This document shows positions 38,500-47,902 of a stretch of DNA of 59,957 nt, one piece after another. Under the pieces are notes generated by a model, which worked only from the letters and a program-made list of their open reading frames with translations, did not search any database and was not told where the DNA came from. Source of the DNA: a virus. The translations under genes and the position numbers were made by a program. The stretch lies in the IMG/VR virus record IMGVR_UViG_3300025064_000001. One strand, written 5' to 3'. Numbering within the stretch: position 1 is the stretch's first letter; every line of letters begins with the position of its first letter.

Positions 38500-38612
38500 A
38501 ACATTACTCCGCTATTAGTAATCGCTAGTGAGGGTGTCAGAAGCACGTCTAGCGTAACGCGCTTGTCGGTTATAAGAAGCTATCGAACAACCTATCTGAC
38601 CAATTCAGTTTA

Positions 38613-40889
38613 TCACTCCACTGGCAAGTTGTCAGTAATATCAGGTGTTTCAATACCTTGCATGGGTGACTGCCCATCTTGCGGCACTGGCGGGAACATC
38701 GGACTGGTGTTCTTCTGCACATCGACCGCTTGCTCTGGTAACTCGCCAGCCACATCATCAGGCAGTGGTTGCTCTACTGGCTGGACTGGCATGTCGGCAG
38801 TAGGGTAATTTGGATCAACGCCATAAGGGTTAGGGCGCTGATAGCCTGCGCTCATCATTATTTCATCTGCAATCGGTGCTATCTGTGGCATCTGTGCAAT
38901 CTGAGCGCCACCTTGCATGGCCGCAAAAGCACTTTGGACGCCGATTTGTACGGCTTTAGCGTCAAGCCCTTTAATCTCACTATTCGCTTTACGCTCTTTA
39001 AGCTCAAGCTCACGTAGCTTAATGTCGTTACCTGCTTTAACCAACGCATCTTGAATGGCTTGCTGCTGTGCTTGTTCAATCTCCTCCGGTGATTGCTGCT
39101 GCTGAACATTGCGTACGTCCTCGATGAATTTTTCTTTGTTCGGAATATCCATCAAGGCAATCATGTAAGGCATGGCCGCGACTTGATACTCTGCTGGCAA
39201 GGACTTCACGGCCTCACTAAATGCGTTCAACTGCTGACCACGGTAGCTATTAGTGCTCGGCACGTCTTCAAGCGCAACCATGAGGCGCGTCTTGCTAATA
39301 TCGTTTGATAGATAGACTTGACCAGTTTCAGGGTCACGCTCAGGCGCATTGATAGTCACTGCACGTTCTTCTGTGACGGCATCACCTTCAATGATAATGG
39401 TTTGCGGCTCTTGTCCTAAGTCCTCAATGATAAGCGCAAGCAAAAGCTCGCCTACTTGCTTGCGCCCTTCTCTGAAGTTATCCATCATATCGGCTAGCGA
39501 CTGATTACTTTGCTCGACTTGCAACTGCTCTTGATAGCCTGACTGCGCGTTACCTTTACCTTGGAATGGGTCAGTAATACCAGACGTGCGGCTAATGCTC
39601 TCTCTATTTTCTTGCAGCATTTGATAGTGCTGGCTAGTTAGCTGGTAGTCGCGGATAATCTCAAACTTTGCACCAGGTAACTTCATGTGATTTTGGTCAA
39701 GCACGATATCGCCGTCTGGTCTTGCGGCTTGCTTGCGAACCTGCGCGTCAGTCATATCGACAGCGCCTTTGGTGCGCTCCATGCGCGTAACAGACATTCC
39801 CCAGCGCAGCTTAGCAAGTGCGCTATTTAAACTGTCTTGCGAGTATTTCATATCACGCACATAGCCATACGGTATGCCAGTCGCGTCCTCTTTAAAGCCC
39901 CAAAACGGCACGTATGGGAAATGCGTGTGATTATAAGGCGATGGGCTGTCATGCAGTAAGTGCGGTCCCAACCAATATGCGCGGCGCATTCTCGTGACAG
40001 TAGCAGTGATTGGCTTGGTCAAGCCAGCGGCCACAGCCATCACATGATTTTGATTATCCTCGTCATACTCAACGACACGGCCATCAGGCGTTTTGATGAC
40101 GGTTGCCGCTTCCCAGCGTCTATACCACAGCTCAAACACGCACAGCTCTTTACTCGTTGGATTGTACCAGCGTTCCTCATGCAGCGTACTGCCACGTCCA
40201 AAACCATGCGAGCCTTCAAGCCCAGTCGAACCACCACCATCATAGCTCTGTGACATATACCACGAGTTCATGCCGTAGCGACCTAGATTCATGATCATAT
40301 CTTTGTGCTCGGGGAATGATAGCGCGATACGCTCAGGACGAAGCCACTTAGCACGGCGTAACCATCTTGCATCTGACAAGTCTGCTTCAGTCGCTCGCAT
40401 GTCCCAGTGGATTTCATTGCGATGAATCTTACGGCAACGATATGGGTACTTGAATGGGTCAGTCTCTTTACTCACCTCAACCCAACCAATGCCGCATTTA
40501 ATCTGCGTCTCGAACGCATCACTACACGCTTTATCGGCTTTACTATTACGCTCAGCTTGATTGACCTTATAATTCAGCGCGTCTGCCACGTCTTGGCCAC
40601 CGACTTCACCATTGGGCGTCACTCGCCAGTCTGTTCGCACAGTCGCTTCATAGCCTTGGATAGCTCTAAGTGCGGGACCAATCAAGTTCTCGACGGCAGG
40701 CGGCAGACCTAACTCTCGCTGCTTCTTGAGTAATTCACCGTCTAATTGATTGCCATCGGCATAATCCATCTCTGAATCAGCAATAGCTCGCCAGCGTGGT
40801 TGCTGCTCAATCTCGTTGATAATATCTTGATACTCAATTAAGCTCAGCGCTTGGTCGTCGGCTGGCGTGTCTGTCACATCTATACTCAT
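38613..40889 (-). CDS. Portal protein
   Basis: 758 aa, immediately downstream of the large terminase. Q/P-rich C-terminal tail. Confidence 0.75.
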   Translation of the reverse strand: MSIDVTDTPADDQALSLIEYQDIINEIEQQPRWRAIADSEMDYADGNQLDGELLKKQRELGLPPAVENLIGPALRAIQGYEATVRTDWRVTPNGEVGGQDVADALNYKVNQAERNSKADKACSDAFETQIKCGIGWVEVSKETDPFKYPYRCRKIHRNEIHWDMRATEADLSDARWLRRAKWLRPERIALSFPEHKDMIMNLGRYGMNSWYMSQSYDGGGSTGLEGSHGFGRGSTLHEERWYNPTSKELCVFELWYRRWEAATVIKTPDGRVVEYDEDNQNHVMAVAAGLTKPITATVTRMRRAYWLGPHLLHDSPSPYNHTHFPYVPFWGFKEDATGIPYGYVRDMKYSQDSLNSALAKLRWGMSVTRMERTKGAVDMTDAQVRKQAARPDGDIVLDQNHMKLPGAKFEIIRDYQLTSQHYQMLQENRESISRTSGITDPFQGKGNAQSGYQEQLQVEQSNQSLADMMDNFREGRKQVGELLLALIIEDLGQEPQTIIIEGDAVTEERAVTINAPERDPETGQVYLSNDISKTRLMVALEDVPSTNSYRGQQLNAFSEAVKSLPAEYQVAAMPYMIALMDIPNKEKFIEDVRNVQQQQSPEEIEQAQQQAIQDALVKAGNDIKLRELELKERKANSEIKGLDAKAVQIGVQSAFAAMQGGAQIAQMPQIAPIADEIMMSAGYQRPNPYGVDPNYPTADMPVQPVEQPLPDDVAGELPEQAVDVQKNTSPMFPPVPQDGQSPMQGIETPDITDNLPVE

Positions 40890-40900
40890 ATCTCAATCCT

Positions 40901-42523
40901 CTACATTACACGCCAGTCGTCAGCGTCTTGTTCTTCGTAAGTGGTGGTTTTATCTGACCTGTCTAACATGCCAGCCTCTTTTGCTTGTGCGTGTTGGCGC
41001 AAGGCATCAGCACCTTCACTACAGCCATTCGCCTTGTTTGGTCTGTTCGTGTAGCGCATATCTTTTGTGCTAAAGACTTTCTTATAACCTTCCACGCGCT
41101 TAATACCGAGCTGGCAATCAACCTCGTCAAAGTAATAACCTTTCATCGCGGCTCTGGTCTGCTGAATGCCGTTCATAAGCTCTGAGATAAGCGGCACGAC
41201 TTCAAAGACTTCACCGGGCATGAGGTCCTCTAACATCTCGCGTGTTGATTTATTGGTGTCTGATAAGCGCTTGTGGTCAGCATCGTGTGGTAAGAAGTGA
41301 CGCCCAAACACATAGCCGTAGCTTCTAAGCTGTGCAACATAGTGTTTCAGCGTCTCATTGTGTGCTTCGTAGTATCTTATCCAGCGGTCTTGACCGTTCA
41401 TGTGCTGCAAAAACCAAATAGCACAGCCATCTGAGTTGCCAATATCCCAAAACGTATCGACTGGAATGTCGAGCTCGTCAATATGACAAATACCGCCACG
41501 TTTGCGTAGCTGTAGCATATCTTTTGCGTAGTAATGACCTTCTGTGCTGACCTGGAATGGCTCATCAGGGAATGATGGATACTCTTGCCACATGCGCTCT
41601 TCTGCGCCAACAAAGTCACTGTTCTTGATTGCCACATACCAGGCGCGCTGATCAGGGTCGAGTTTCATATCGATACCCATATCACGCTTGGCTATCATCT
41701 CGACTTGATCAAAGTATTCGTGTTCTTTGTCCGTGATATCGACCGTGCGCGAATTGACACGGTAGTTTTCTTCTTGCCACCAAGCGTAGAAGTGCAATCG
41801 GTAGTCTTTGCTCGATAGCTTCTTGCGTGAATAGAAATGTTTTTGCGCTGCTTGAGTTAAGCGGAAGAAGTCACCCTCTCGACCTTCAGCGGTTGATTCG
41901 ATGACTAAAATACCGCTGGCAGGCACAGCAGGGATTGAACCGGTCATTACCTCTTTTGCTTTGTCCGGATATTTGGCACAAATTTTGCCAAACTCTGATA
42001 TGTGCAAGCGATGAATGGTGCCAGAACGCATGGACGTGGCCACACGGATTGATGAGTTGTTGTGCTCGAATAACAGCTCAGCAGCGCTGTCACGCTTTAA
42101 AGGGAAGCGCTCACGTATCTCAGTCGGTAGATTCTCGTAGGCAAACTTAACCTTGTCTCGAAAGATAACTTCACTGGCATTTTTATCTTGGGCGATAATA
42201 CCGCAGCGCTGGTCAGCGTTAAATAACGCATGGTCAAGCCAAAGTATCGCTATGAGTGTGGTAAAACCTAGCTGGCGAGCTTTCAAAATGATGTTACGGT
42301 GCCATAATCTATCGACGAACTTCTTTTGCGCAGCATTGGGCTTAAACGGCACGACGTAGCTTTCGGCTTCAACGTCTTCTTCGTCATCACCTTTAATCAT
42401 AATCTTATACAGACAGCCACTAAACACGCGCCAGTAAGGGTCAGCTAAGCATCTTGCCAGCTCAGCTGCATCGGTTGGGAGTGGATTTAGGGCGGTCGTG
42501 TGGATTACGTTAGGCATATTCAA
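40901..42523 (-). CDS. terL: Terminase large subunit
   Basis: 540 aa. ATPase-type N-terminal half (ILKARQLGFTT, ...IIAQD) and nuclease-type C-terminal half. Gene order is TerS-(MTase)-TerL-portal. Confidence 0.8.
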   Translation of the reverse strand: MNMPNVIHTTALNPLPTDAAELARCLADPYWRVFSGCLYKIMIKGDDEEDVEAESYVVPFKPNAAQKKFVDRLWHRNIILKARQLGFTTLIAILWLDHALFNADQRCGIIAQDKNASEVIFRDKVKFAYENLPTEIRERFPLKRDSAAELLFEHNNSSIRVATSMRSGTIHRLHISEFGKICAKYPDKAKEVMTGSIPAVPASGILVIESTAEGREGDFFRLTQAAQKHFYSRKKLSSKDYRLHFYAWWQEENYRVNSRTVDITDKEHEYFDQVEMIAKRDMGIDMKLDPDQRAWYVAIKNSDFVGAEERMWQEYPSFPDEPFQVSTEGHYYAKDMLQLRKRGGICHIDELDIPVDTFWDIGNSDGCAIWFLQHMNGQDRWIRYYEAHNETLKHYVAQLRSYGYVFGRHFLPHDADHKRLSDTNKSTREMLEDLMPGEVFEVVPLISELMNGIQQTRAAMKGYYFDEVDCQLGIKRVEGYKKVFSTKDMRYTNRPNKANGCSEGADALRQHAQAKEAGMLDRSDKTTTYEEQDADDWRVM

Positions 42524-43256
42524 CGCTCAACTTGCTTAGCGCTTCATTGATACGCTGCTCAGCTATTGCAAAGTAATCTTTATCTAGCTCAATGCCAATA
42601 AACTTGCGATTAGTATTGATTGCCGCGACACCAGTAGAGCCTGAACCCATGAATATATCAATTACTGTTTCACCATCGTTTGTAGAGTTATTAATCAAAA
42701 TCTCTAGCAGCTCGACGGGTTTTTCGCTTGGGTGTTTCTTGCCACCTATAATATTAGGCACTCTTAATATATTACTCGTGCCTTTATTGTGGATATTCTT
42801 AGCACCGCCTTTACGCAACATCAAAACGCACTCATAGCCCTGCATATAGTAGCGATTAGGCGTTACATTGCCTTTATCCCAAATTAGCAAGTTTTGAAAC
42901 TTAAACCCTGCTTGTTCGGCTTTATTTTGCAATTCAGCTAAGTTGCGAGAGTTAATCATCAAGTAAGTGTGTGATTTATCTGCCATTACGCGATACAGTT
43001 CAGGCAACCAATGCTCAAACTTAATATCGTTATGCTTAAACATTTTCCCTGTTCGCACCTCCTCAACCCAATCGGTACGCTTGTTGCTTTCTCTGCGCTT
43101 ATTCATAATTCCTGAACACTCGTCACCTAGTGCAACCTTTCTACAGCCACCTGCCACTATTTTGTATGGAGGGTCAATGACCGCGCAATCAATGCCGTTA
43201 TCAGGCATTGATTTTAAAATATCCAAGCAATCGCCCTGTTTCAAATCAATCATCAT
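42510..43256 (-). CDS. DNA methyltransferase (N6-A/N4-C class, DPPY motif). The start is probably the ATGATG at 43256/43253.
   Basis: VIDPPY (motif IV) and IDIFMGSGSTGVAA (motif I) in beta-class order. No partner endonuclease was recognised. Confidence 0.8.
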   Translation of the reverse strand: MMIDLKQGDCLDILKSMPDNGIDCAVIDPPYKIVAGGCRKVALGDECSGIMNKRRESNKRTDWVEEVRTGKMFKHNDIKFEHWLPELYRVMADKSHTYLMINSRNLAELQNKAEQAGFKFQNLLIWDKGNVTPNRYYMQGYECVLMLRKGGAKNIHNKGTSNILRVPNIIGGKKHPSEKPVELLEILINNSTNDGETVIDIFMGSGSTGVAAINTNRKFIGIELDKDYFAIAEQRINEALSKLSVEYA

Positions 43257-43342
43257 TACCACCCTTACGCTTCTTGCGCTTGGTATAAGCGACACACGCG
43301 ATATCAATTACCATAAACACGACTTCGAGCAATAATTTACGT

Positions 43343-44035
43343 TTACGCATCGTCATCACCACTCACGCCAATACTATTACTGGCAGGCGCGTCCTCATAT
43401 TCGGGATCAGCTTTCACTACACCAAAAGCATTGCCGTTATTATTCGCAATGCTGTGTAGTAGTGTGGTGAGGGCATCGACTGGCGAGCTATCAACGTCAT
43501 CGAGGCCGTAGGCTTGACGCTCTAATGTCACAAGCTTGGTCATGGTGTCTGCCAAGTCTTTCATGACACGCACATGATTAGATAAAGACGTGACGCGCTC
43601 GTATGCTTCAAGCGCGCTTTCATCAATCGCATTGGATTTGAGTGCTGCTATAAACAAGTCTTCTAAGCGTGCGCGGTTGTCAGTGCCAATCTGCGCCTTT
43701 AAGTCATCAAGCAAGGTCATGGCAATGCTGCGAGCATCACCAATGTCTTGACGGTGTGATAAGCGCACGTTGGCTGTTAGCTGTGCGTTTTCTTCAATCG
43801 TTTGGTCATCACTTGCCAGCTTTTTAACCGCACGCTCTTGCACCAATGCGTTTGCTCGCTCTTTGATGCGGTGTTTTAAGTCACGTTTCCAAGCATGTTT
43901 TTTAGCGCGGCGTGTGATAGTCGTTGCATGAATGCCAAAATCTCGCGCAAGTTGTGCGTTTGTACGCAAGTCTGCACGATAAAGTCGCTCGACTTCTTCC
44001 CAATCACACTCAGGCTTGTCGTTTTTTTTACTCAT
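43343..44035 (-). CDS. terS: Terminase small subunit (HTH N-terminus)
   Basis: WEEVERLYRADLRTNAQLARDFGIHATTITRRAKKHAWKRD. ATG at 44035 with GGAG 7 nt upstream. First gene after late-motif copy 4. Confidence 0.65.
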   Translation of the reverse strand: MSKKNDKPECDWEEVERLYRADLRTNAQLARDFGIHATTITRRAKKHAWKRDLKHRIKERANALVQERAVKKLASDDQTIEENAQLTANVRLSHRQDIGDARSIAMTLLDDLKAQIGTDNRARLEDLFIAALKSNAIDESALEAYERVTSLSNHVRVMKDLADTMTKLVTLERQAYGLDDVDSSPVDALTTLLHSIANNNGNAFGVVKADPEYEDAPASNSIGVSGDDDA

Positions 44036-44090
44036 ATCATGCTCCAAACACCTTTAATAGCTTGATGTTAGAGCCTGTACGTGAAAAGTG

Positions 44091-44106
44091 CGAACCTTAT
44101 AGGGGT
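44091..44106 (-). promoter_or_regulatory. Late-unit element copy 4: ACCCCTATAAGGTTCG, with TTGCAC 18 nt upstream of TATAAG
   Basis: Exact copy, 56 nt upstream of the TerS start and about 80 nt after a terminator. Confidence 0.6.
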
Positions 44107-44185
44107 AAGGACGCACGCTGTGCAAGCTGGCGTGCAATTTAATGCGTGTTTAATGCGATTTCTCGCAATCATCAATCAATAGGCG

Positions 44186-44211
44186 TAAAAAAACCTCGCA
44201 TTTAGCAAGGT
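44186..44211 (-). terminator. Rho-independent terminator ending the early-right operon
   Basis: Minus strand: ACCTTGC-taaat-GCGAGGT (one G-U pair) followed by TTTTTTT. Confidence 0.75.
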
Positions 44212-44238
44212 ATTCTTGTCAAAAATCAGGCTTGCCAG

Positions 44239-44679
44239 CTAAACTGCCGATAATGCACGCAACTGTTTGCGCATCTCCTTCATCTCCAAGTCCATCTTAG
44301 CTGTCGTCAGTGCTGCATGATGGCCTATCTCAATATTGCTGTACTGCATTGCCTCGCACATCATTAGCGAGCCTACAATGCGCGCCTCCTTTGGCGTCAG
44401 TGTCAGTACGATGGTGTCACCGATATCAATCACAGTCGTGCCGCAAGGCAATACAATTTTACTAATGATACGTGCTGGCTTGTGCTCAATCACGGGCACA
44501 TAGACGCCACGCTGTACACGATGAATAAAGCCGTCATTAGTGAGTGACGATAAATTATCATCAATAATCGTCTGTTTTAAGTCGAGTATGTCAGACAGCG
44601 TTTCGCGTGTGACTATCTGCTCCTGATTATGCAAATCAATAACCGCGTCCAATACTCTTTGCTTGTTCGTTATCTGCAT
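44239..44679 (-). CDS. Winged-helix-like DNA-binding protein, candidate late-gene regulator
   Basis: It is the last early gene, directly upstream of the first late element. N-terminus LDAVIDLHNQEQIVTRETLSDILDLKQTIIDDNLSSLTNDGFIHRVQRGVY. ATG at 44679 with GAGGA 8 nt upstream. Confidence 0.5.
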   Translation of the reverse strand: MQITNKQRVLDAVIDLHNQEQIVTRETLSDILDLKQTIIDDNLSSLTNDGFIHRVQRGVYVPVIEHKPARIISKIVLPCGTTVIDIGDTIVLTLTPKEARIVGSLMMCEAMQYSNIEIGHHAALTTAKMDLEMKEMRKQLRALSAV

Positions 44680-44744
44680 GTGATTCATCCTCAAAATAAT
44701 ATATAATCGACATGCGATAACATTGCTCTGTTACTTGCCAGCCT

Positions 44745-44780
44745 AAAGCACTCATGCGACCAACATGGGTGCTTTTTATT
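44745..44780 (+). terminator. Plus-strand-only rho-independent terminator embedded in the minus-strand early operon
   Basis: 12-bp stem (AAAGCACTCATG / CATGGGTGCTTT, one G-U pair) followed by TTTTTATTTATTT. No U-run on the - strand. Confidence 0.7.
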
Positions 44781-44938
44781 TATTTCCAAAAATCAAGTGC
44801 CAACATAATCAAAACAGCAATAGCAGCTTTTATAGTCACTGCAATCACATCAGCCCAAGGAATAGGCCAAAAATGAATAACAAAAGCTACAAGCAGGCAC
44901 ACGGTCACAACCCACTCTATTCGATAGTTATTACTCAC
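44765..44938 (-). CDS. 57-aa membrane protein with a GTG start (not in the ORF track)
   Basis: GTGA start/stop overlap with the upstream gene, GGAG upstream, two hydrophobic helices. The 44765..45007 + ORF in the track is its antisense shadow. Confidence 0.45.
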
Positions 44939-45219
44939 TCGCCAACTCCTTTAATAAAATCACTCACCCAAGGGTTATCTGCTAGACGACACTTAAATCT
45001 TGCCTGACTACCAAAATTAACCATCACACCAGCGCCATCCTCTACGTTCTCATCAATCAGCACCGATTCAATCTTGCTGGTATCTATGTAAATCGTATTA
45101 CCGGAAAGATTTAACGCCTTAACTAAGCGCTTTGATAACTTGCCAGCCTTATACGCGAGCACAGCAACGACACTGCCGTACATCAGCATGAAGACAAAAC
45201 TGAGTAAGAAGTAAGTCAC
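44935..45219 (-). CDS. 94-aa protein with an N-terminal TM helix
   Basis: ORF with 4-nt overlap coupling. Confidence 0.6.
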   Translation of the reverse strand: MTYFLLSFVFMLMYGSVVAVLAYKAGKLSKRLVKALNLSGNTIYIDTSKIESVLIDENVEDGAGVMVNFGSQARFKCRLADNPWVSDFIKGVGE

Positions 45220-46139
45220 TCGCCCACCTCGCTTATAAAATCACCCAGCACCGCATTACCATCAACCTGACCATGCAACCAAGCCAAGTCACGCGAATTA
45301 TCAATCACAATATCACCAGGCTTAAACTCAATAGCGTTCTCTGATACGTGATTACCTTCAATACCGCCACGGCCAACTAAGTGAATAAGCACACCATGCT
45401 CTCGCACTAATTCGGCTTCGTTTTCAAAACGAACATCAGGCACTATCACGCACTTGCCAGCGTTCAAACGCGCAAATGCTTTTACCCAGATATCGCCATC
45501 AATCATGTGACGACCCCATTCGGTGCCTAACGTCTGCATCATGTGACGTGGCGTAGCACCATAACTATCATCAATCACCGCTTTTTTATCATCACTGCAA
45601 TCCACTCCGATAGCGCGTAGCATGTCTCTCAACGGATCAGCAAACGATGAGCGCGACCAGTCATCGCTTAAATTATCAAGTAAGTAGCTGGCGAGTGTGT
45701 CCTTGCCTGCGCGTGCTGGTCCCGCGATACCGATAAGGCGCATCTTATCTACCATTACGTCCATAAATTCCTGTAGCGTAATTTCATCGGTAGCAGCTCT
45801 CACCTTCTTGTCATCTCTGCGCCATAGACTTGGCACTCTAGTTGCGTACTTGTTAGCAGCGTTAGCCCTACAAGTTGGGCAGCCTAGACCTTGGTTTACC
45901 ACGTAGTAATCAATGCTGTCCTCTGCCATTTTTGCATCACAAGTAAGACATACCGCTACTTTTACTGGCTGTTCATCTGTGCCCATATCCCACTGAATAT
46001 CACCAAACGTCTGCGCTGGCGTGTCATCGTTGAATGTGTCGTCAATAACTGGCTGCTGCTCATGAGCAGGCAAGCTATCTACATACTCATCAAGTGTTCG
46101 CATACCTAGTCCTGCCAGCGTTTTAGATTTACTTGTCAT
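45216..46139 (-). CDS. Deoxynucleoside-monophosphate kinase-like P-loop protein with an N-terminal Cys4 zinc-ribbon extension
   Basis: IGIAGPARAGKDT (P-loop), LQ..GTEWGR, VPDVRFENEA and H.SE motifs recall phage dNMP kinases. CLTC...CPTC lies upstream. The start is 46139 or 46154. Confidence 0.65.
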   Translation of the reverse strand: MTSKSKTLAGLGMRTLDEYVDSLPAHEQQPVIDDTFNDDTPAQTFGDIQWDMGTDEQPVKVAVCLTCDAKMAEDSIDYYVVNQGLGCPTCRANAANKYATRVPSLWRRDDKKVRAATDEITLQEFMDVMVDKMRLIGIAGPARAGKDTLASYLLDNLSDDWSRSSFADPLRDMLRAIGVDCSDDKKAVIDDSYGATPRHMMQTLGTEWGRHMIDGDIWVKAFARLNAGKCVIVPDVRFENEAELVREHGVLIHLVGRGGIEGNHVSENAIEFKPGDIVIDNSRDLAWLHGQVDGNAVLGDFISEVGE

Positions 46140-46308
46140 TGATAGATTCCTCATATTCCTTTACAGCGTAAGATAGCAAATCGACCGACTCGCCCATCAT
46201 TTCACAGTAAAAAATTTCACCGCTGGCGTGTTCGTCTTGGTCGTACTCAATTAGCGACTTTCTAACATCCTTAGCCGCTTGAATTAACGCCTTTAATTCC
46301 TCAGTCAT
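46129..46308 (-). CDS. 59-aa acidic protein (below the ORF-track cut-off)
   Basis: ATG at 46308 overlaps the upstream stop. Its stop overlaps the next start. Confidence 0.5.
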   Translation of the reverse strand: MTEELKALIQAAKDVRKSLIEYDQDEHASGEIFYCEMMGESVDLLSYAVKEYEESINDK

Positions 46309-46486
46309 TGATAGCCCTCCTGCCTTGTTCGATTAACGCTGCATCAATCAATGCTTGCTCGCGCTGTGTCTGATTGTCACCCAGTTGCACCGGCAGGTTT
46401 TTAAACGAGCTGATACAGCCATCAATATCAACTGTGCCTGTGACTGCTCTAGCTGTGCCCGTGAGCATCTTTACTTCTATCTTCAT
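46301..46486 (-). CDS. 61-aa hypothetical protein
   Basis: ORF in operon context. Confidence 0.55.
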   Translation of the reverse strand: MKIEVKMLTGTARAVTGTVDIDGCISSFKNLPVQLGDNQTQREQALIDAALIEQGRRAIND

Positions 46487-46500
46487 TTTTATGCACCTGG

Positions 46501-46908
46501 TTAAGTTTCAAATATTTCAATATCTAAAATCAGTTTCATTAGCTTGCGCTTGATCTGATAAACGTCCGTCTTTTTTCCTTTGACATCTTCAACCACTTCA
46601 CACCCTTTATCACAGTCAAAATATACAAAGTCTGCTAGGTAGTACGTGCCAACCATGCTTGAGCCATCGCTAAACTTCTGCTTTGGTATCAAGTCGTAGC
46701 GAACTTGCAATCTTAAATCTCTAATCTTGCCAGCGCGAACGAGTAACTTTAATTGCGCGTAGCGATTCGCTTCCTTGGTTGAATCAAACTTAATATCATC
46801 AACCACCTTTTTGACCGCACCAAACTTGTTTTTAGGCTCTCCGGTGATTTCTCTGACCAACTGCTCCAGACTAGAAGGTCTTTTACTGCTTTTTCGTGCC
46901 AATTTCAC
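46501..46908 (-). CDS. DUF1064-type protein (PD-(D/E)xK-like, Holliday-junction-resolvase-like)
   Basis: KFGAVKK...FDSTKEANRY..L...GKI.DL..Q....L......YLADFVY...G..VVEDVKGKKT..Y..KRKL pattern. Confidence 0.65.
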   Translation of the reverse strand: MKLARKSSKRPSSLEQLVREITGEPKNKFGAVKKVVDDIKFDSTKEANRYAQLKLLVRAGKIRDLRLQVRYDLIPKQKFSDGSSMVGTYYLADFVYFDCDKGCEVVEDVKGKKTDVYQIKRKLMKLILDIEIFET

Positions 46909-46922
46909 ACCCTCCTGCCCTT

Positions 46923-47234
46923 TTAGATTGTCCTTACACCCGAATGTACCGAACCAAGCACCAAGACGCTCAAATCGTCATCTAGTGCGTTCCCGTCTTT
47001 ATCCCAACTACATAACTTCCCGTTATCTCTCACGCCGTCAATCTCGATAGCGCTCGCTGAGTAACGCTGTAGCGCGATGTTGTAGGTCAACCCAATAACA
47101 AAATCACCTGCCTGCGTCACCGCTGAATTTTTACGATAGATAGCGGCGTTCGGCTTGCCAGCCTTAACCGCTGCTACTAAATCAGCAAATTTGCGCTGAC
47201 CTGGTGTGTAGTCGGATGGGGATTTTTTACTCAT
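46923..47234 (-). CDS. 103-aa hypothetical protein
   Basis: ORF in operon context. Confidence 0.6.
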   Translation of the reverse strand: MSKKSPSDYTPGQRKFADLVAAVKAGKPNAAIYRKNSAVTQAGDFVIGLTYNIALQRYSASAIEIDGVRDNGKLCSWDKDGNALDDDLSVLVLGSVHSGVRTI

Positions 47235-47583
47235 CGGTCTGCTCTATATGACCTGACAACTTCTCTGCTAAAAACTCATTAGCACTTAGGTTGTATAGCC
47301 TCTCGCGCTCTGCTTGTACACCTTGCTGATAAACTGCTTGTCGCTGCTCAATAGGATAGCGAGCCAAAAGACGGTCACGCAGCTTGATAGCTTCGTCATT
47401 TTTTAAACGCGAGACTATTAAGTAAGAAAAATGCCTTGGGTCCGCGCCACGTTCTTTATTATTTACCTCGTCTTGCCGACTCTCGATAACTACGCCGCGC
47501 TCGTAAAACTGAAACGATAGCGACCTATAACTTTCATAGTCATTTAAAATTACCGACTGCTGAACTATAAATTTACTCACCAT
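47227..47583 (-). CDS. 118-aa hypothetical protein (start moved to the ATG at 47583 with an AGGAG RBS)
   Basis: CAGGAGAGTAATGGTG context. The upstream part of the tracked ORF overlaps the preceding gene. Confidence 0.6.
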   Translation of the reverse strand: MVSKFIVQQSVILNDYESYRSLSFQFYERGVVIESRQDEVNNKERGADPRHFSYLIVSRLKNDEAIKLRDRLLARYPIEQRQAVYQQGVQAERERLYNLSANEFLAEKLSGHIEQTDE

Positions 47584-47902
47584 TACTCTCCTGACTAAAA
47601 TCACCATCGCGCCAGCGCTCAAACATAGCTTTTGACTTAGTAAGGTCGGTTATCACTGGCGTGATAGACAAGACAAGAGGGTTGTCAGACAAATGATTGC
47701 CTGTCGCCTTACACCAGTTTTCAATAATTGCTGCATCTACTCCGCTGTTTGGATTTAAGGTGCCGATGTTGTGCTCATAATTTGACAGGTGGGCGGGAGT
47801 AAATCCCATTTCCTTGCTCATAGTCATTAGCGTCATATTGTTTTTTAAGCGTATGGTTTTAAGTTCAACGCCTAATGCGCAGTCGATTCTAGAGTCACTC
47901 AC
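47573..47902 (-). CDS. XRE-type HTH protein (GTG start overlapping the upstream stop)
   Basis: LKTIRLKNNMTLMTMSKEMGFTPAHLSNYEHN. GGAGG lies 6 nt before the GTG. Confidence 0.6.
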   Translation of the reverse strand: MSDSRIDCALGVELKTIRLKNNMTLMTMSKEMGFTPAHLSNYEHNIGTLNPNSGVDAAIIENWCKATGNHLSDNPLVLSITPVITDLTKSKAMFERWRDGDFSQESNGE

